A stretch of DNA of 64,000 bases from Candidatus Woesearchaeota archaeon (lineage in GTDB: Archaea; Nanobdellota; Nanobdellia; Woesearchaeales; ARS49): positions 64,994 to 128,993 of the forward strand of contig JAWADY010000002.1 in assembly GCA_038891615.1 (NCBI GenBank). Reading direction: 5' to 3'. A program made the translations under genes and the position numbers. Shown here in pieces: positions 25,300-35,398 of the stretch (its first letter is position 1; each line of letters begins with the position of its first letter). The notes beneath the pieces were generated by a model. It was not told the origin of the DNA. It saw only the letters and a list, made by a program, of their open reading frames with translations, and did no database searches.

Positions 25300-26553
25300 A
25301 TGAACCCTATATTAAGTTTTTTTGTATGGACTGCTATATGTATTTCCCTTTACTTTTCAGTCTTTTGGCTACTTGTATTCATTGAGGGAGATGTTCAAAC
25401 AAGGCAGCGCACTACAAAGCTAAAGCGCTTTCCTTACATCTCCGTTGTAGTTCCTGCATTTAATGAGGAAACTCATATTACCGAAACCCTCCATTCCCTT
25501 CTCAATCTAGATTATCCAAAGAAAAGGCTTGAAATAATTGTAGTGGATGATGGGAGCACTGATCGCACAGCAGAGATGGTCCAAAGCATAGCCAGGAAAT
25601 TCAGCGACAGGAAGATAAAACTTATTCGCAAGGTAAATGGGGGAAAGGGAAGCGCGCTGAATGCAGGGCTCAAAAAGGCCAAAGGGGAGTTATTTGTCTG
25701 CATGGATGCGGATTCTATTGTGCTGCCTGACGCCCTCCGCAAAGCACTCATCCACTTTGAACCTGATGTGGCAGCAGTCCTGCCATTGCTGAAAGTGAAG
25801 AATCCAAAAGCTGTTGTTCAGAAAATGCAATGGTTTGAATACCTTATCAACATGTTTTACAAGAAGCTTCTTTCAAAGCTAAACTGCATTCATGTCGCAC
25901 CAGGCCCCTTCTCCGTCTACAGAACAGCCGTCCTTAAGGAGGTTGGCGGATTTGATGAGCACAATCTTACTGAAGACCTTGAGATGACCCTTCGTTTGCA
26001 ATCAAAGAACTATAGAATCGTTCAGCTTGATAACACCAGCGTGTACACAATCTCACCACATTCTTTTAAAGAGTTTTATAAACAGCGCAACAGATGGTAC
26101 AAAGGAACTCTTCTTAACCTTGCAAAATATAAACATATGATTTTTAACTCAAAGTATGGCGATTTCGGCCTATTTCAGCTTCCTTCTGTCCTGCTTACAG
26201 GGGTTGTTGCACTGATCCTTTTCTCCTCTTTTGTGTGGGACAAGCTAAAGCCTTCTTTCGATTTTCTGTACAGGCTCAAATTCGTTAACTTTGATTTTAT
26301 GACGCTACTCCGTGATTTTCATTTTGAAATAAAATTCTTAGATTTAGACATCCGATGGCTCTTCACTTTTGCGATTGTCATGACTCTCGCAATTTTCATC
26401 CTTATCAAGTCCCATCAGCTGACCAAGGAGCGCATTAAGCCAAAAAGCACCATCCCGCTTTTGATCTATCTTTTTGGTTACTATGCCCTGCTAACCATTG
26501 TTTGGATAACTGTTCTTTTTGAACTCGCAATTGGCAGAAGGCAGAGGTGGTAG
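25300..26553 (+). CDS. membrane-integrated processive family-2 glycosyltransferase (cellulose/chitin/PNAG-synthase-like)
   Basis: The D, DxD, TED and QxxRW motif set is present: VVDDGSTD, CMDADS, LTEDLEMT and KQRNRWYKG. TM helices flank it at the N- and C-termini. Confidence 0.88.
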   Translation: MNPILSFFVWTAICISLYFSVFWLLVFIEGDVQTRQRTTKLKRFPYISVVVPAFNEETHITETLHSLLNLDYPKKRLEIIVVDDGSTDRTAEMVQSIARKFSDRKIKLIRKVNGGKGSALNAGLKKAKGELFVCMDADSIVLPDALRKALIHFEPDVAAVLPLLKVKNPKAVVQKMQWFEYLINMFYKKLLSKLNCIHVAPGPFSVYRTAVLKEVGGFDEHNLTEDLEMTLRLQSKNYRIVQLDNTSVYTISPHSFKEFYKQRNRWYKGTLLNLAKYKHMIFNSKYGDFGLFQLPSVLLTGVVALILFSSFVWDKLKPSFDFLYRLKFVNFDFMTLLRDFHFEIKFLDLDIRWLFTFAIVMTLAIFILIKSHQLTKERIKPKSTIPLLIYLFGYYALLTIVWITVLFELAIGRRQRW

Positions 26554-27249
26554 ATGGTTGAACGTACGATAAGCAAATCTAAATACATTCTTGCAGCTCT
26601 AATAACTGGCGTAATCTTTTTGCTTGGAATTGCCCTTGGCTTGGTTATTGAGGGCAAGAGGGTAACTTATGTTCAGGATTTTATGGATTCCCAACGAATT
26701 GAATTTACGAGCTCACAACTCCAATACAGCTATTTGAAGGAGCTAAACAGGAAGGATGATTGTCCTGCAATTTACGAGATATTTTATTCAAACCTGCGAA
26801 ACCTTGAGCGAACAGGAGCCCGCTTGGAAGGATACGCAGTCAACAGCAAAATAAATGACGAGGCTTTTAATCGCTTAAAGAGGGAGTACGTGCTTGAGGA
26901 ATTGCGATACTGGCTTCTTGCAAAACAAGCCAAAGAGTTGTGTGAAGACAAATTTATTACAATGCTGTATTTCTATTCGGATGATGAGCACTGTCCCCGC
27001 TGTGGCGACCAGGAATTCGTGCTGAACTATCTCAAAAAGGCTTTTGAACAGAAGCTACTTATTTTCTCACTTGATGAAAGGCTCAATGAGCCAATGATTT
27101 TGATTCTAAAAAAGCAATACAATCTAACAACTTTTCCAACCCTTATTGTTGAAGAAAAGAAATATGCTGGCTTCACTTCAAAGGATATCCTTCTTAAAGA
27201 GCTCTGCAGCAGACTTGATGCTCCACCTTGTGAGGCTTTAAGAAAGTAA
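26554..27249 (+). CDS. membrane-anchored thioredoxin-fold protein with a CPRC active site (putative extracytoplasmic thiol-disulfide oxidoreductase)
   Basis: An N-terminal TM (YILAALITGVIFLLGIALGLVI) is present. The thioredoxin-like core is ITMLYFYSDDEHCPRCGDQ...TTFPTLIV (CxxC plus a cis-Pro loop). The start immediately follows the GT2 stop. Confidence 0.7.
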   Translation: MVERTISKSKYILAALITGVIFLLGIALGLVIEGKRVTYVQDFMDSQRIEFTSSQLQYSYLKELNRKDDCPAIYEIFYSNLRNLERTGARLEGYAVNSKINDEAFNRLKREYVLEELRYWLLAKQAKELCEDKFITMLYFYSDDEHCPRCGDQEFVLNYLKKAFEQKLLIFSLDERLNEPMILILKKQYNLTTFPTLIVEEKKYAGFTSKDILLKELCSRLDAPPCEALRK

Positions 27250-27255
27250 AATTTC

Positions 27256-27645
27256 CTAGCAAGGTTCGCTCATCTCTGTAAGTGGTATCCTTAAGAGCCT
27301 TTCAAGCCTTTTTGCTTCTGCCAGTTCTGGCAAAAGCTCTCCGTTCTCAAACTTGCGAAGCACTGATTCCCTCACAGCAATCCTTGATGCAAACTCCTTT
27401 TGGGTCAAGCCTGTCTTTTCCCTCGTAATCCTCAATTTTTCTCCAAAATCGCTTACAACCCGCTCTATCGCCTTTTTTTCTGCAGGAAAACTTTGAGGTT
27501 TTGCCTGACTCTTTTTGACGGCTTCAGTTGGCAAAACAGTCAAAACTTTTCCAAACCGGCTGCAGCTCTTGCAAAGCCAAAGCTCTGCACCTTCAACTAA
27601 ACACCTTGCAAAGCTTTTTGTCCGATTACATATTTCACAAAGCAT
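27256..27645 (-). CDS. mbf1: multiprotein bridging factor 1 (aMBF1), Zn ribbon plus HTH
   Basis: The N-terminal Zn ribbon is CEICNRT...CKSC. The C-terminal cro-like HTH is GLTQKEFASRIAVRESVLRKFENGE. Confidence 0.88.
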   Translation of the reverse strand: MLCEICNRTKSFARCLVEGAELWLCKSCSRFGKVLTVLPTEAVKKSQAKPQSFPAEKKAIERVVSDFGEKLRITREKTGLTQKEFASRIAVRESVLRKFENGELLPELAEAKRLERLLRIPLTEMSEPC

Positions 27646-27653
27646 AGGTTTAA

Positions 27654-28064
27654 CTACCCTTTCATCACCTTTACTACAAGCTTTCGCGCTCTTGGGCCAT
27701 CAAATTCACAAAGCCAGATTCTCTGCCATTCTCCAAGTGCAAGCCTTCCATCAAACACTGGTATTGCAAGCGAAGGGCCAATAAGACTTGCCTTTAGATG
27801 GGCCGTGGCGTTGTCATGAACCCTTCCATGTGCCCAACCCCCTTTCACCTTTTCAGGAGCAAACATTGAGAGCACTCTTAGAAAATCCTCCTTTATTCCT
27901 GGGTCTGCGCTTTCGTTTATCGCAAGGCAGGCTGTTGTGTGTTTTAGCCAAAGAAAAGCAACTCCAGAACTTGTGCCCAAGACGGTCTTTTCTATATCTT
28001 CAGTTATATCAACAATTTCTTCCTTTTTTGTTGTTTGAAAGCTTAACTCAATCATTCTCGACAT
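27654..28064 (-). CDS. YjbQ/UPF0047 family protein (secondary thiamine-phosphate synthase-like)
   Basis: The sequence HTTACLAINESADPGIKEDF...ATAHLKASLIGPSLAIPVFDGRLALGEWQRIWLCEFDGPR fits the family pattern. Confidence 0.85.
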   Translation of the reverse strand: MSRMIELSFQTTKKEEIVDITEDIEKTVLGTSSGVAFLWLKHTTACLAINESADPGIKEDFLRVLSMFAPEKVKGGWAHGRVHDNATAHLKASLIGPSLAIPVFDGRLALGEWQRIWLCEFDGPRARKLVVKVMKG

Positions 28065-28133
28065 TTTAACATCTCAGCACTTTAAAAACTTTCTTCAGCA
28101 AGATTTAAAAATGTACCCACCTACTTAAAAAGA

Positions 28134-29213
28134 ATGGTTCAAAAAGAGGAGCTAAAAAAAATTATTTGTTCAGCGCTTTCTTCTGGAATATCTCGTAAGG
28201 AGCTTGAAAATTTTCTTGCAGAGTTCGGTTGGCCACAAGAGATGGTTCATGAATATATCAACATCGACTGCGACAACCTCCCAATAATTTATGTTCGTGG
28301 AGTATCAAAAAGCTTTGGGAAGCATCAGGTTCTGCAAGATGTTACTTTTCATATCAATAAAGGTGAAATACTTGGTATAATCGGCGCAAGTGGCGTCGGA
28401 AAGACAACCCTTCTTAACATCATTGTTGGTTTTGTTCAACCAGATTCTGGAGAGATTGTTTTAAATATTCCACATAAGCCTGGCTGGGGTGGTTCGCGTG
28501 ATGTCAAAAGGATGTTTGGGTTTGCAGCGCAAACCCCTAGCTTTTATCCACACCTAACTGCGCGCGAAAACATTGAACACTTTGCCGCGCTCTACGGCTT
28601 CACAAAAGCTGAGCGCAGGCTAAGGGCAGAATCACTGCTAAAGCTCGTAGGACTTTCAGATTTCGCAGAATTACTTGCTTCACAGTTGTCTGGTGGAATG
28701 CAAAAACGTCTTGATATAGCCTGCGCCCTTGTGCACAACCCTCCCATTCTAATACTAGATGAGCCTGTTGCTGACATTGATTTGCTTCTTAGGCAGCAAA
28801 TGTGGAACTTAATAAAAGCAATAAACAAGCGCGGCACAACGGTCATTATAGCTTCACACTTCCTTCTTGAGCTTGAAAGCTTGTGCACAAGAATTGCGCT
28901 CTTGCACAAAAAAAAGATTACACAAATTGGAAGTCCTCCAGAGCTCAGCTCGGCTCTTCTAAAAAAGCACAGGATGACCTTGGAGCTAGCCTCACGCAAC
29001 TATACCCAACTTTTTTCAGAACTTGCCCGCGACCCAAAGCTTAAGTGTCAGTTTTTTATTCAAGAAGGCAAAGCGGTGTTGTTGACAGAAAGTCCTGAAG
29101 AACTTCTACACGCGCTTGTGCACATACTTGAACGCTCAAAAGACACTCTGCTAGAGTTGAATATTTCAAAGCCAACATTAAAGGAGCTGTTTGAGGTAGT
29201 GGAAAAGGGATAA
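28134..29213 (+). CDS. ABC transporter ATP-binding protein (ABC-2/DrrA-like) with N- and C-terminal extensions
   Basis: Motifs are Walker A GASGVGKTT, signature LSGGMQKR and Walker B ILILDEP. Confidence 0.9.
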   Translation: MVQKEELKKIICSALSSGISRKELENFLAEFGWPQEMVHEYINIDCDNLPIIYVRGVSKSFGKHQVLQDVTFHINKGEILGIIGASGVGKTTLLNIIVGFVQPDSGEIVLNIPHKPGWGGSRDVKRMFGFAAQTPSFYPHLTARENIEHFAALYGFTKAERRLRAESLLKLVGLSDFAELLASQLSGGMQKRLDIACALVHNPPILILDEPVADIDLLLRQQMWNLIKAINKRGTTVIIASHFLLELESLCTRIALLHKKKITQIGSPPELSSALLKKHRMTLELASRNYTQLFSELARDPKLKCQFFIQEGKAVLLTESPEELLHALVHILERSKDTLLELNISKPTLKELFEVVEKG

Positions 29214-29217
29214 TGCG

Positions 29218-30954
29218 ATGAGCGCGCTAATTGAACTAATACGAAAGAATCTCCTTCTTCTTGTTAGGGCTAGGGCTTCAGCATCGATTGTTGTATTTGG
29301 GCCGATGCTAGTGATATTTGTGGCTGGGCTTGCATTCGACAATATCGGTACCTATAACGTGCGAGTCGGGGTCTATTCTGCACACTTTAACGAGCTCTCA
29401 GAGTCCTTTGTGCAAACGCTCTCAAAGAACAGCATGAAGATTTCGCGTTTTGATTCCGAAAACAGCTGTGTTGACGCAGTCAGAGGAGGAGCGCTTCATA
29501 CCTGTATCGTCTTTTCGCCAGATTTCACTCTTGGTAAAGATGCAGCAAATGAGCTTTCCTTTCATATAGATCCCTCTAAAATAAACCTTGTCTGGGTGAT
29601 TCTTGAATCCCTTTCCTCAGCTGTCGCTGAAAGGACAAGGGAGCTTTCACTTAATCTTACCTCTGTTGCAATCAGAGCTATTGAGATAACTGATAATGAA
29701 CTCTCTGGTAAAAAACCCGTTGTTATCCAGCTAGCAACTGAAAACGAAGAGGTTTCGCAAAAGGCATCAGAGATAAGAGAGCGTCTTGGCCGACTTGATC
29801 TCGGCATTAATAAGTCAGCATTTGGAATTGAGGTTATGTCAAAAAGGCAAGAAGACATTCAAAATCATCTAGAAGAACTCAAGGCAATCTCAAATGAACT
29901 CGTGGGCAGCGTCGCTGAAAGGTTGAACAGAGCCAAAGATCTCGTTGAAAGTAGCGAACTGAACTCCACGATAAAAGAGAACATAACCGAAGCTCTGGCA
30001 AGGGCAAGGAACAGCCTTTCTTCTTTTGTCTCAACAATAAATCTAACAATGAATGCAACAACCACAAGCTTTGCTGAAGTTAACGCTTCATTACAGAACC
30101 TTGTTTATCATGTTGAAACAACTGCCAACAAGCTTCAAGCAGTAGAAGAAACAAGAAATAGAGTCTTTGCAACTCTTGAAGCAGCAAAAGCAGAGCTGGA
30201 CAGTTCACTACTCGGAATTGCTTCTATTCAAAACTCCCTCAACAAAATTTCATCCATACTCTCAATGGTTCAAATTCGTGAACCAGAAAAGATTGTCCAA
30301 CCCATCACAACTGTAATAAAGCCAGTTGTTGCACAAAAGACTTATCTGAACTACATTTTCCCAATCCTTGTCATTCTTATTCTCATGTTCACCGCGCTTT
30401 TACTTGCTCCAACTTTGATACTCTTAGAGAAAAAATCAGCAGCCTTTTTTAGAAACTTCATGGCTCCAACTCCAGGTGTTGTACATCTTGGTTCAGTCTT
30501 TATAAGCTCTGGAATTATCCTTATCTTACAGCTTGCAGTACTCTTGGGAATCGCAGCCATAGGTTTCAAAGCTCAAATTACAACAAACATTGTCGCAACA
30601 GCAATAATCCTTTTCATTTTGCTCATCCTTTTTATAACTCTTGGAATGATTTTGGGATACCTTTTTAATTCAGAAGAAACGGCAATGCTAGCGGCTATTG
30701 CACTTGGTTCTGTTTTTCTCTTCCTGTCAGACATAATCATCCCCATAGAGACCATGCCACCGGCTATAGAAGGGATGGCAAAACTGAACCCCCTTATCCT
30801 TGGCGGCCTTGCTCTTCGAAGAGCTATCATTTTCGGTGCGACACTTCAAGAACTATGGAAGGAGGTTGCAATTTTAGGAGGATATATTCTTGTCGCAGGA
30901 CTTTTTGTTTTAGCAGCTTATTTATCAGGCAAGAGCAGGCAAAAAAATATTTAA
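29218..30954 (+). CDS. ABC-2-type permease with a large coiled-coil extracytoplasmic loop (YhgE/Pip-like architecture)
   Basis: An N-terminal TM is followed by a ~330-aa helical loop and 5 C-terminal TMs. It lies immediately downstream of the ATPase. Confidence 0.8.
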   Translation: MSALIELIRKNLLLLVRARASASIVVFGPMLVIFVAGLAFDNIGTYNVRVGVYSAHFNELSESFVQTLSKNSMKISRFDSENSCVDAVRGGALHTCIVFSPDFTLGKDAANELSFHIDPSKINLVWVILESLSSAVAERTRELSLNLTSVAIRAIEITDNELSGKKPVVIQLATENEEVSQKASEIRERLGRLDLGINKSAFGIEVMSKRQEDIQNHLEELKAISNELVGSVAERLNRAKDLVESSELNSTIKENITEALARARNSLSSFVSTINLTMNATTTSFAEVNASLQNLVYHVETTANKLQAVEETRNRVFATLEAAKAELDSSLLGIASIQNSLNKISSILSMVQIREPEKIVQPITTVIKPVVAQKTYLNYIFPILVILILMFTALLLAPTLILLEKKSAAFFRNFMAPTPGVVHLGSVFISSGIILILQLAVLLGIAAIGFKAQITTNIVATAIILFILLILFITLGMILGYLFNSEETAMLAAIALGSVFLFLSDIIIPIETMPPAIEGMAKLNPLILGGLALRRAIIFGATLQELWKEVAILGGYILVAGLFVLAAYLSGKSRQKNI

Positions 30955-30976
30955 ATTGCCGCAATGAAAAAAGAGC

Positions 30977-32398
30977 ATGGTGCTTAAGCTCTATAACACC
31001 CTTTCAAGGCGGAAAGAGATTTTTAAGTCAATAAAACCAGGCAAGGTAGGCTTCTACACCTGTGGTCCAACGGTTTATGATTATCCTCATATTGGAAACT
31101 ATCGCGCCTTCATATTTGCAGATATCTTAAAGCGCTATCTGACCTACAAGGGATATGCAGTAAAGCATGTCATGAACATCACTGATGTTGATGACAAAAC
31201 CATAAGTCGTTCAAGGCAGGAAGGTGTAACACTAAAGCAACTGACAACCAAATACGCCAATGCCTTCTTTGAAGAACTTGCACTACTCAACATAAAGCCA
31301 GCAACTGTTTATCCACGTGCAACAGAGCACATTCCCGAAATGGTTGCAATGATAAAAGCTCTTATGGCAGCCGGACTTGCGTACACCGCATCTGATAACT
31401 GCATTTATTATTCGATATCAAAATTCAAGGACTACGGGAAGCTTGCTGGAATTCGAATGGAAAAACTCCGGCCCGGAGCTTCTGGCAGAGTGGTGAGGGA
31501 TGAGTATGAAAAGGAGCGCGTGGAGGATTTTGCGCTTTGGAAGGCATGGCGTCCTGAGGATGGTGATGTTTTCTGGGAAACTGAATTAGGAAAAGGAAGG
31601 CCTGGTTGGCATATCGAATGTTCGGCCATGTCAACAAAATACCTGGGTTGCCCATTTGACATACACTCTGGAGGCGTGGATCTCATCTTTCCACATCATC
31701 AGAATGAGATAGCACAAAGTGAAGGGGCTGGATGTAAAAAGTTTGTAAACTATTGGCTGCACAACGAATGGTTGCTTGTTGAAGGGAAAAAGATGTCAAA
31801 AAGTCTTGGCAATTTCTACACCCTCAGAGATTTGCTTGCAAAGGGTTATGACCCAAAGGCAATAAGATATATCCTTCTTGCCACACATTACAGACAAAAG
31901 TTAAATTTCACTTTCAAAGGCCTTGAGGCTGCTGAGAGGTCTCTTCAAAGGATATGGGATTTCGTGGCAAGGCTTGACAGCCAGCCTCTTTCTGTGAAGA
32001 AACCAGCAGCCATAGATGGCATTATTTCCAGGACAAAGGCAGCCTTTGAGGCAGCGATGGATGATGACCTCGATATATCAAAAGCACTGGCAGCAATCTA
32101 TGCTCTTATAACAAAGACAAACAAGCTCATCGATGACCAGAGGCTTGCAAGAGAGGACTGCCAAAAAATAAAAAAATTTTTGATAACAATTGACAGCATT
32201 CTTGGGATTCTTATACCGCCGCCACAGGACGAGCTTGCGCCAGAACTTAAAGCTCTCATTGAAAAGCGTGAGGCAGCAAGGGCGGCTGGAGACTGGGCAA
32301 AGGCTGATGCGATACGCCAGGAGCTAGCTCAAAAAGGAATTCTTCTAGAAGACACTCCACAAGGAGTGCGCTGGAAAAAGGTCAAAGCACTATCCTGA
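30977..32398 (+). CDS. cysS: cysteinyl-tRNA synthetase
   Basis: Motifs are the HIGN variant of HIGH (YPHIGNYR), KMSKS, and WHIECSAM (Zn site). Confidence 0.95.
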   Translation: MVLKLYNTLSRRKEIFKSIKPGKVGFYTCGPTVYDYPHIGNYRAFIFADILKRYLTYKGYAVKHVMNITDVDDKTISRSRQEGVTLKQLTTKYANAFFEELALLNIKPATVYPRATEHIPEMVAMIKALMAAGLAYTASDNCIYYSISKFKDYGKLAGIRMEKLRPGASGRVVRDEYEKERVEDFALWKAWRPEDGDVFWETELGKGRPGWHIECSAMSTKYLGCPFDIHSGGVDLIFPHHQNEIAQSEGAGCKKFVNYWLHNEWLLVEGKKMSKSLGNFYTLRDLLAKGYDPKAIRYILLATHYRQKLNFTFKGLEAAERSLQRIWDFVARLDSQPLSVKKPAAIDGIISRTKAAFEAAMDDDLDISKALAAIYALITKTNKLIDDQRLAREDCQKIKKFLITIDSILGILIPPPQDELAPELKALIEKREAARAAGDWAKADAIRQELAQKGILLEDTPQGVRWKKVKALS

Positions 32399-34793
32399 GC
32401 TCTTTCCCAAACCTTATTTCTGTAATGTTGTGCGTCTGCTGGAGCTCTTTTTCAGCAGGAGCGAGGCTTTCCGGAAACACAGCCAATTTTACAGAACTTT
32501 TGAGACTTAAGCCTTTTTCCTTTTTTGCCTTCCATATCGCGCTGTTTACAGAAAGAAGATCTTTGGTCGCTAAAGCAGGTTTTGCAAGAATTTTGGCTTT
32601 TGGAAATTTTTCTGTATGTATCTCTTTTCCTGTCAGTCTCTCATAGATTGTGCTTGTTATCATTGGAATGACTGGTGCGAGGAGCTTGAGAAGCGTTTCA
32701 AGGCAGTGATTTAGTGTTTGGATTGCTCCTGCCTGCTCAGCAATGCTCCAGCTTTGATTACTATTATATGCACGACCTTTTACAAGCTCAAGGTAATTCG
32801 ACGCAAAAGTTTCCCATATGAAATGTCTGATGGCAATTACAGGTTGATGGAAATCGTAGTTTTGATAGCGCTCGTTTGCAAGCTTCACTAGCTCGTTAAG
32901 TTCAAACAAAATCCATTTATCTAACTCCCGCAACTTTGGTTTTTCTCTTTTGCTCTTAAGCTCTGGAAGCTCAAACATTGAAATAAATCTGGCAATATTC
33001 CAAAGTTTTGTCAGTGTTTTTCCAGCCGCTTCAATACGCTCAAAGTTACACCTGAAATCACCCTTTTCCAAGTTTCCTTCAACAGCAGCCCATAGTCTAA
33101 ATGGCTCTGCACCAAAACGGTCAAGTACCTCTTTAGGCTCTATGACATTTCCTGCAGACTTCGACATCTTCTTGCCGGACTCATCAACTACATGATAATT
33201 TATCCAGACATCTCTGAATATTGGTTTCCCAGTCAAGAGATAGCACTTTAGCAAAGTGTAATAAAGCCATGTGCGTACTATCTCTTTGCCTTGGGGCCTT
33301 AGTGAGCATGGTGCTGCTTTTTCAAAAAAATCTTGAGCTCTTGACCACTTTAGAATGTACAATGGGCTGTTTGAGCTGTCAAACCATGTATCTAAAACCC
33401 TTTCCTCTCCTTTGAAACTCTTGCCTTTGCACTTTGGGCAAGCGTCGATTGGTGGCCCCTCCTTCCATGGTTGATAATACCTTGGTCTTTTTTCAATCGG
33501 TGGAACAACTCTGTAACCACAGCCAGTGCATTGCCAAAGTGGAATTTCTGTTGCATAATATCTTCGACGTGATATCGGCCAATCAAGCGATACAGACTTA
33601 ATCCAATCTAAAAGAAGCTGTCTTGACTCTGGAGAAAAAAATCTCAGCGCATGAGCTATCTTTTCCATCCTCGATTTATACTCGACCTGTTTTAGGTAAA
33701 ACTCTTCCATTTCTATGAACTCAATAGGATCTTTCGAGCGCTCACAAACAGGGCTCCTGTGAAGGATCTTTCGTTGTTTCACAAGAAGCCCCTCACCTTT
33801 CAAACGCTCAATCATGGCCTTTCTCGCAACATCAACAGGGAGCCCAGCCAAAAACTGAGCGTGCTCATTCATCGTGCCATCCTTGTTTATTGCAATGACT
33901 GGCTTCAATCCCATCTCTCTAAAGAACCTGATGTCACTCAAATCTCCTGCTGAGCACATCATGACAAGGCCAGTCCCTTTTGTTGGGTCGGCAAGTGGAT
34001 GAGCCTTTATCGGAACCTCTTTATTAAAAATTGGAGTTATTGCTGTCTTGCCCTCAAGGTGGCTGTACCTCTTGTCTTCAGGATTATATATGACCATCGC
34101 ACAAGTGCATATTAATTCTGGCCTGGTTGTTCCAACAATAATTTTTTCTCCACTCTCCTTTACTGTAAAAACTATGTCGTTAAAATCAGTTTCTTTGAGC
34201 TCGTACTCTATTTCAGCATCTGCAAGAGTTGTTTGACAACCAGGACACCAGTTGCTTATCCTTTTGTCCTCATAAATAAGCCCTTTGTTCCACAGCCTAA
34301 TGAATGTCTCCTGTGTCAAAGCCCTATAGTCTGGACTGTCGGTTGAATATGCATCACCAATCTTGTCGCCTTCATTCCAGGAATTAAAGCTTATACCGCA
34401 TCTCAAAAAATAGTTGATGGATGCCGTTGATGCCTTTTCAAGAATTTTTTTGCAAAGCTCGAGTGCTTTTCCCCTTGGAATTGAGTTGAGTTTCACCTTG
34501 AATTCCTTTTCAGCAGCCATTTCAATAGGCAAACCATTCTTGTCAAGGCCAAGCGGGAAAAGTACGGCATCCCCTACCATTCTATGGTAGCGTGCGAACA
34601 TATCCATCAAGACATAAGTAGTTAGTTGGCCGATATGAATAGGGGTATTAACATATGGAGGTGGAGTGTCTATGCTGAAAACCTTTTGTCCCCTTTTTTT
34701 CTTGAAAGCATAAATTCCAGAATCCTTCCACTTATTGTACCTATCAGCTTCAAGTGCCTTGCTCCAAGCTGTTTCTTTTAGCTTAGTCGCCAT
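32382..34793 (-). CDS. valS: valyl-tRNA synthetase (class Ia)
   Basis: Motifs are IDTPPPYVNTPIHIGQ (HIGH region) and KMSKSAGN. The 803-aa length fits archaeal ValRS rather than IleRS or LeuRS. The 3' end overlaps cysS by 17 nt. Confidence 0.85.
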   Translation of the reverse strand: MATKLKETAWSKALEADRYNKWKDSGIYAFKKKRGQKVFSIDTPPPYVNTPIHIGQLTTYVLMDMFARYHRMVGDAVLFPLGLDKNGLPIEMAAEKEFKVKLNSIPRGKALELCKKILEKASTASINYFLRCGISFNSWNEGDKIGDAYSTDSPDYRALTQETFIRLWNKGLIYEDKRISNWCPGCQTTLADAEIEYELKETDFNDIVFTVKESGEKIIVGTTRPELICTCAMVIYNPEDKRYSHLEGKTAITPIFNKEVPIKAHPLADPTKGTGLVMMCSAGDLSDIRFFREMGLKPVIAINKDGTMNEHAQFLAGLPVDVARKAMIERLKGEGLLVKQRKILHRSPVCERSKDPIEFIEMEEFYLKQVEYKSRMEKIAHALRFFSPESRQLLLDWIKSVSLDWPISRRRYYATEIPLWQCTGCGYRVVPPIEKRPRYYQPWKEGPPIDACPKCKGKSFKGEERVLDTWFDSSNSPLYILKWSRAQDFFEKAAPCSLRPQGKEIVRTWLYYTLLKCYLLTGKPIFRDVWINYHVVDESGKKMSKSAGNVIEPKEVLDRFGAEPFRLWAAVEGNLEKGDFRCNFERIEAAGKTLTKLWNIARFISMFELPELKSKREKPKLRELDKWILFELNELVKLANERYQNYDFHQPVIAIRHFIWETFASNYLELVKGRAYNSNQSWSIAEQAGAIQTLNHCLETLLKLLAPVIPMITSTIYERLTGKEIHTEKFPKAKILAKPALATKDLLSVNSAIWKAKKEKGLSLKSSVKLAVFPESLAPAEKELQQTHNITEIRFGKELRIVL

Positions 34794-35192
34794 TCAAAAC
34801 ACCAAAGACATTCCTTTTATACTCTTTTCAATTTCATAATAGCTAAGGCGCCCAAGCTTTGCACTCCTTGCCCTCTCACAAATGCTGGAAAAGAACCGCG
34901 TCATCTTTTCTTCAAGTTCCTCAATGTCGTTGCTTGTTCGTACGACAACAGTCCCTGCAAGAGGGCCTTCATCTTCCACAAAGCTAATTCCAGAATCAGC
35001 CTTTTTAGCCTTATTTCTTATTTCCGAAATGACCTCTTTTGTTAGGATGGCAGGCTCGATGATTTTACATCTTTTGACAAATGCCTTTTCCTTGCCTGCC
35101 GAATTGACGATGACCCTGAAACTTACCTCTTCAGTCCTTGGATCAAACTGCTCAACCTCAATTTTTTTGTAGCTTATATCGACGAACTGCAT
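34794..35192 (-). CDS. hypothetical protein, 132 aa, co-transcribed with valS
   Basis: The stop directly abuts the valS start. No family recognised. Confidence 0.55.
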   Translation of the reverse strand: MQFVDISYKKIEVEQFDPRTEEVSFRVIVNSAGKEKAFVKRCKIIEPAILTKEVISEIRNKAKKADSGISFVEDEGPLAGTVVVRTSNDIEELEEKMTRFFSSICERARSAKLGRLSYYEIEKSIKGMSLVF

Positions 35193-35398
35193 GAGATGGC
35201 ATTTTGGATTTTATTTTATAAGTCTTTCGCAAAAGGTTGTCATGAAGCAGGCTCAGCTTTGGACTTCAAAAGCTATTTTTCATTTACTTTAAGCCCCTTT
35301 TTGCATTTTCTCTGACAAAAATATCTGTATGATTGCGCTTAAGTTTTCAAAATTTGAATTCCGCGAGCGTTAGTTTAATAAATTCACAGCCCTAGAAT

